From: the human T2T-CHM13v2.0 reference genome, Homo sapiens | Direction: 5' to 3' (one strand) | Length of the DNA stretch: 64,000 nt | Assembly (NCBI RefSeq): GCF_009914755.1 | Contig: NC_060940.1 | Shown here: positions 57,413 through 64,000 of the stretch, in pieces | How positions within the stretch are numbered: position 1 is the stretch's first letter | Layout of the letters: the number at the start of each line of letters is the position of its first letter | Translations under genes and position numbers: made by a program | Notes under the pieces: model-generated | Database searches by the model: none | What the model was told of the DNA's origin: nothing | Seen by the model: the letters and a program-made list of their open reading frames with translations, nothing else

Positions 57413-57909
57413 CTGAAAGGAAAAAGGAGAAAAGCAAATCTTTGAAAGAGTAAACTTCAAGAGTTACATACTCAATTCTGTAAAGAAACTTTTCCTTTTC
57501 AAAAGCAAAGGTGTTTTAAAGTGACCCAAAACAGATGCAGTTAGCTTACTGAGTCATATCAACATAAAAGCCTATAATTCTTTTTGTTATTAAAGGAAAT
57601 CTAAACAGTAGTGTGGTTGACCAAACTTTAAAGGATACACACAGGCATAAAAGATTCTCAAAGGACACCCTACTGCTGCATTTGAATTTTACCTTGTATC
57701 TGTTTTATAATAAAAAAGGAGAAAGGTATATTTGTTCTGAATGCATTTGTAATTTAGGAAGGATCTATATTAAATATCGCCAGACCGCTATATTTACTCA
57801 AAACAAAAAAACTACTAAGAAAAAAACTTGTGCATCTTCTATAACCTGAAGATTCCTCTTTCCCAAATATTCATGGACTGGATAGAATTTTTTTTTTTTT
57901 TTAGACTAG

Positions 57910-58193
<284 letters not shown>

Positions 58194-58934
58194 TAGAATT
58201 TGAGACTACTGTGCACCAAATACTGTTCTAGGCAGTAGGGATACAGTAAGGAAAAAAGACAAGAAGATCCACTTACCCTCATGCTACTTTTTAGCAGCAA
58301 GAGAGAGAGAATTTATTTACAAATAAATAGAATGTGTAGTATGTCAACTGACCATAGGTGCTAAGGAGAAAAAGCAAATAAGGGAGATATAAATACAAGA
58401 GAAGGGGTTTGTATTTTAAATAGGAGAGTCAGGGATGGCATCGCAGAGAAGACAGCATTTGAATAAAACCTGAAGGAAGTGAAGGGATATAATGGCACTG
58501 TGCAAAATGATTACAGAATGCACAGAAGTAAAAAACAAAAAAAAAAAAACAAAGAAAACCTTCAATTTATACTTTTTTCTGCTATAGTTAAGTCATCCAG
58601 TCCATCCATCTGGCTGTACCTCTTCTTAGATTCTGGACTGCATCTGAATAAATAATAATTTGCCCTTTTCTGTGAATTGGCAGAAAATTTTGCTACTTTG
58701 GCACAAGAGACTACTTGGTTTTAGTTTAAAATAAATTATTCTGAATCAGGCTTTAATTTGGATTTGCTTAGAAAATAGTTTTCTTAGGTCTGTATGATGC
58801 ATTTACATTTTGAACACTTCAAATATTAATTAGACCTAAATCTGCCTTTAAAACATTCAACATCTAGAAGGAAAATGCCACAAGCTAATAGCTCAGTCTA
58901 CAGGAGATCACAGGACAGTAATTTTTTTTGAGGG

Positions 58935-59291
58935 GTGTTATGGACTGAATGGTTCGTTTCCCCCTCAAATTCATATGTTGAAATCCTAACCCCCAGTGTA
59001 ATTGTATGAGGATAGGGCCTTTGGTAGGTGATTAGGTCAAGAGCGTAGAACCTTCATGAATAGGATTAGTGCCCTAAGAAGAGACCCCAGAGACTTCTCT
59101 TGCCATTTTTTTTTTCACCATGTGAGAACACAGAAGAGAGAGCTGCCTATGAACCAGGAAATGGGCGCTCACCAGACCTGACCATGCTGGCACCCTGATC
59201 CCAGACTTCTAGCCTCCAGAACTCTGTGACAAATTTTTATTGTTTATAAGTCTATGATATTCTGTTACAGCAGCCCAAACTGACTAAGACA
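58935..59291 (+). mobile_element. MLT1A/B (MaLR) solo LTR
   Basis: tgttatggactgaat...aaattcatatgttgaaatcctaacccc...gcagcccaaactgactaagaca. Confidence 0.82.
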
Positions 59292-60070
59292 AGGGGGAAG
59301 TAGAGTGAGGGAGGGAAGTAAAGGGAGCTTTTATGAAAGACATGTCATTTTTGAGTTGGGTCTTGAAGAACATATAGGTTTTGGACATGCAGAAAAACAT
59401 ATTTTTAAGGCAAATAGGCACAGAGGAGCAAAGATCTAGGAGCAGGAAATCAAAGGGCATCCTGGGGGGAAAGCAAGTAATATGATAAAACCAAGGCTGG
59501 AAAGGCCGAGTGGAACCAAAACACAGGGTTTTTTAACGTCAAGCCAAAGTCCTTGGACTTGCTTGGAGGACTGTTGTAGAGTGTTATGTATATTGGTGGG
59601 GCAGAGGGTTAGTAAAAGGACACAATCAGAGCTATGCTTTAGAAGGATTAATGACTCTTAAGGAGTTTAAGTTGGATGGCAGTGGGAGAGATGGAAGGCA
59701 GGGAGACCAGTATAGGGGCAACTGAATAAATATCCTAACCTGAGCAACATAGTGGGACCCTGTCTCTACAAAAAATTGAAAAATTAGCCAGGCTTACTGG
59801 CACATGCCTGTAGTCCCAGCTATTCAGGAGGCGGAGGCGAGAGATCACTTGAGCCCAGGAGTTTGAGGTTGCAGCGAGCTATGATGGCATCAATACACTC
59901 CAACCTGGGCAAAACAGTGAGACTGCGTCTCAAAAAAAAAAAAAAGAAAGAAATATAACATCCTGCTTCACTGACCTCCCTAATTAAAATAGCTAGACGA
60001 CAAAACTTTGTATTAAAATAGTAACTGTACTATGTAACAACAGGTGAGTCTTCTCATATATGGAACTCAC

Positions 60071-60120
60071 CCCCCAAGAATGCAGCAATGGTATGTGGCT
60101 CAGCAGCTCCATATCGGCAA
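60071..60120 (-). CDS. NAE1: NAE1 exon (CRYGAAEPHTIAAFLG)
   Basis: 50 nt, TAG/GTGAGT, frame fits. Confidence 0.96.
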
Positions 60121-60205
60121 CTAAAGGAGACCACAGAGACATGAATTTTGATTAGCCTTATGACAGGTGTGGAATCATCTCCTAGATACCCTAAAAAATA
60201 CTCAC

Positions 60206-60320
60206 AATTCGTGGACATAATCATCTTTCACCATTACAGATAAACCATATTCCTGAAGGAAGCCAGTGAGACAAGACTTCAACTTTCCTATATCTTCTTC
60301 AACTTGATAGTTAGATACTC
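60206..60320 (-). CDS. NAE1: NAE1 exon ([39 protein letters not shown])
   Basis: 115 nt, TAG/GTGAGT. Confidence 0.96.
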
Positions 60321-60717
60321 CTAAAAATAAAAGTTAGTTTTCATTAAAATAAATGTGATTCAAAATTAATGGCCAACTCCTTTATTTAATCTAGTTTCAG
60401 ATGTTCTAGTCAAAATATGTATGAAACTGAAGAACAAAAATAACAAAGTATGAGACCAATATTTGCACATATCACAAACCTATAATCAGAGACCAACTAA
60501 AACCTAGTAAAAATTTGAATTTAATTAAATCTTTATTAATTGCATCATATTCACTGTCTAGAAAAGCATCTGGCACATAGTGCTTAATAATTATTTGATA
60601 GAAGAACTTAATGAATGAGAAAGTAATGTCCTACTTATACCCTTTATAAAAGTTATTCTCCAATTCTAAAAGACTAAATGATAAATGACACTGAGGACAT
60701 AAAGCTATTAATAATAG

Positions 60718-60914
<197 letters not shown>

Positions 60915-60917
60915 TAG

Positions 60918-61025
<108 letters not shown>

Positions 61026-61644
61026 TGAGCATTAATAGATGCTGGACACTGTTCTAAGGACCTTATATCTATATTAATTGATTGAATCCTCAAAACAGTC
61101 CTATGAAGTATGTATAGTTATCTCCATTTATAGAAGAGAAAACTAAAGCACAGAGAGATTAAGTTACTTAGCTCATAAGTGATGCTGTATGACTTCCAAA
61201 GCTAGGTCATAAAAAGCCCTGTACCTTCCACTTGGGTTTTTTGGAATGTTAACTGCAGAAGCCAACTGACATGCCAAAAGGAAGTCCAAGCTAGCCACGT
61301 GAAGAGATACCTGACCAGCCGCCAGCTATTCCCACTGTTCTGACTAAGGTGCTAGTTACATGAGTAAAAATGTCTTCTTGCATGTCTAACTCAGTCAGTC
61401 AAGCCTTCAGAATGACTCCACCCCCAGGCTCAAGCAACTGCATGCCTCCCCAAGGAGAACTGCCTGAGACCAGGCAACCCACAAAATCACGACACTATTT
61501 ATTGTTTTAAACCACTAAGTTTTGAAGTGGTTTGTTATGCAACAGATAACTGAAATAAATACTAATCAAATAATACAAATAAAGCAATACATATTTGGTG
61601 TTTATTCTTTTTTTTTCTTCTAGTAAGCTTGCTTGTTAGGACTA

Positions 61645-61996
<352 letters not shown>

Positions 61997-62814
61997 TTAT
62001 GATACCCCTAGAATGTGTTGCTATGCAATAATCCTGCACAATTAAAATTATCATCCCAAAGAAAAATATTCTGAGCAACCTCAGATCTTTGAGATTATGC
62101 CAATTCTCCAATGACTACATTTGCTGAAGATAAAAAGTAGATAACTAAACAAAGAAATTCCTACATCTTCAGAGTTATTGAGTTCAGAAATTAGTAGCAT
62201 ACTTTTTTTTTTTTTTGAGACAGTCTCACCACAGTCACCCAGGCTGGAGTTTAGTGGCACAATCACAACTCACTGTAGCCCCAACTTCCCAGGCTCAGGT
62301 GATCCTCCCGAGTAGCTGAGTCTACAAGTGCACACCACCATGTCTGGCTAATTTTTTGTATCTTCAGTAGAGATGGGGTTCCACCATGTTGCCCACGCTG
62401 GTCTCCAACTCCTGGGCTCAAGCAATCTGCCTGAATCAGTCTCCCAAAGTGCTGGCATTACAGACGTGAGCCACCGTACTATGCCTGGCCAGCATATTTC
62501 TTGTGGCTTTCCTATTCCACTAAATTAAACTCAGTGTGAGTCTTAGTAACAAACTATGGAAAATGACAGAAAAAAGTTTTCTTCTATACATATTCAACCA
62601 ACATCCCCCTGTAATAGTTTAGAATCGAACACTATTTTGCAAATAGTTAAACTTAAAAAACAAAAGGTGGTTCTTCACTGGGGAACGTTTGGGGTGTAAT
62701 CTGTTTACAATGTGAAATTCAAGCAACACTATTATAAATACCCTGAGAACACTTTCAATTTAAATGTTTTATTGAAGATCTTATTATATCTGGTAATTCA
62801 ATTGCTATTCTTAC

Positions 62815-62907
62815 CTGGATATCTACCCTGTTGTTTATGAAATCTATCAACAGCCCGTAACATTAAGTACAACACTATTTCATTATCTGGATTGTCCATG
62901 CTAGAAA
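62815..62907 (-). CDS. NAE1: NAE1 exon ([31 protein letters not shown])
   Basis: 93 nt, CAG/GTAAGA. Confidence 0.96.
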
Positions 62908-63282
62908 CTGAAAGGAAAAAAAATTTCAGTTTAATTTGGTTAATTTGCAATGTAACAAACAATGAAGGGCTGAATTTACTATATACTTGAGTTTCAGGAC
63001 TATTAACTGGAGTCACACAATCTCTACTGAAGTAGTAACATACTGACTTTAACTCATACATATCACACAATGGACTCAGTGACCTAAATATGACTTTATG
63101 CATACATTAAGTTTCATATAATATATAAATTATAATTACCTAGATAAGCTTAGAATAAAATTAGAATATGTTTACGTTATCTTTAATATCATCACCATAT
63201 ACTCAACACTATTATACACAAAATATTTATATCTTTTAAATTAATTAAAATTAACCCAGAATCAGAAGGCTATTATACTTAC

Positions 63283-63369
63283 TAATTTCATCCTTGTTAA
63301 TTGTATCCAAACCATATTCTTCAGCTAAGGATCGACATCTTACCACTCGAAGAAATGCAGAATTGCTGC
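63283..63369 (-). CDS. NAE1: NAE1 exon ([29 protein letters not shown])
   Basis: 87 nt, CAG/GTAAGT; gene continues beyond window end. Confidence 0.96.
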
Positions 63370-64000
63370 CTGAACAGAGGAAAGATATTCTGGAAGTAAT
63401 GACTGTGACTGGTGAATATTATGAATCACAGGTGACTTTAAGAACAGAGAATTATGTGTATACCCTTCTCAGACATGAGAATGTGAAGAAATGTTTTCTC
63501 CTTGGTTCTAATAGCAGAGAAAGCACTAGAACATGAATCACCTTAAATTTATATCCCTGGCACTACAACCAGTTCAGAAGCAAGTAAGGTGATGGCCTCT
63601 CTGAACCTCAGTTTTCAAGTGTAAAATGGGGATGATACTGTTTACCTTTGAGAATTGTTCTACAGATTAAATGTGACATCTGTATAAAGTGCATCTCTAG
63701 CACAATGCCTGATATGGCTCTAAAAATAATAGTTTTCATCATTATTATGGATAAGTAGTCCTAAAGGAGAGAGGTTTATGAATTGTACTCTTGATATATG
63801 TAATGACTTTAAGCTTTGTATTATTGAAATTTTCAAAAACGCCCCAAAGTAGAACAGAATAATAAATGTTCAAATACCCAGCATCAAACTTGTGATCTAG
63901 TATTATATAATCTAATACAACAAACGCTAATTCAAGATTAGTCTAATAGAACAAACAAGGTGCAAGATTAGTAGTGGCAGAAAACATTAAAACCGAGCCT

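Overview
Human (primate) genomic DNA, Alu-dense, with three tandem genes all on the minus strand, matching the chr16q22.1 locus as I recall it. (1) The 5' end of DYNC1LI2: coding exons 1-3 and a CpG-island promoter at ~5.4-6.3 kb. (2) The complete meiotic telomere gene TERB1/CCDC79: 17 coding exons reconstructed by hand give a 2184-nt CDS (727 aa; ARM repeats, TERB2-binding Zn site, TRF1-binding ILLTP motif, Myb domain), with a CpG-island promoter at ~55.2-56.2 kb. (3) The last five exons of NAE1. Nearly all entries in the ORF track are Alu, low-complexity or CpG-island artefacts. The most unusual structures lie in TERB1 introns: an eight-Alu head-to-tail array (13.8-16.4 kb) separated by a repeated 17-bp target site, whose four near-identical central units include three chimeras (an Alu-unit VNTR next to the TERB2/TRF1-binding exons); a TSD-flanked insertion of an Alu 5' end plus ~400 bp of foreign GC-rich sequence (40.9-41.4 kb); a fold-back inverted duplication at an Alu (34.25-34.47 kb); and two very young Alus (AluYb8-type; AluY with a 57-A tail). 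I found no evidence for a new gene system.
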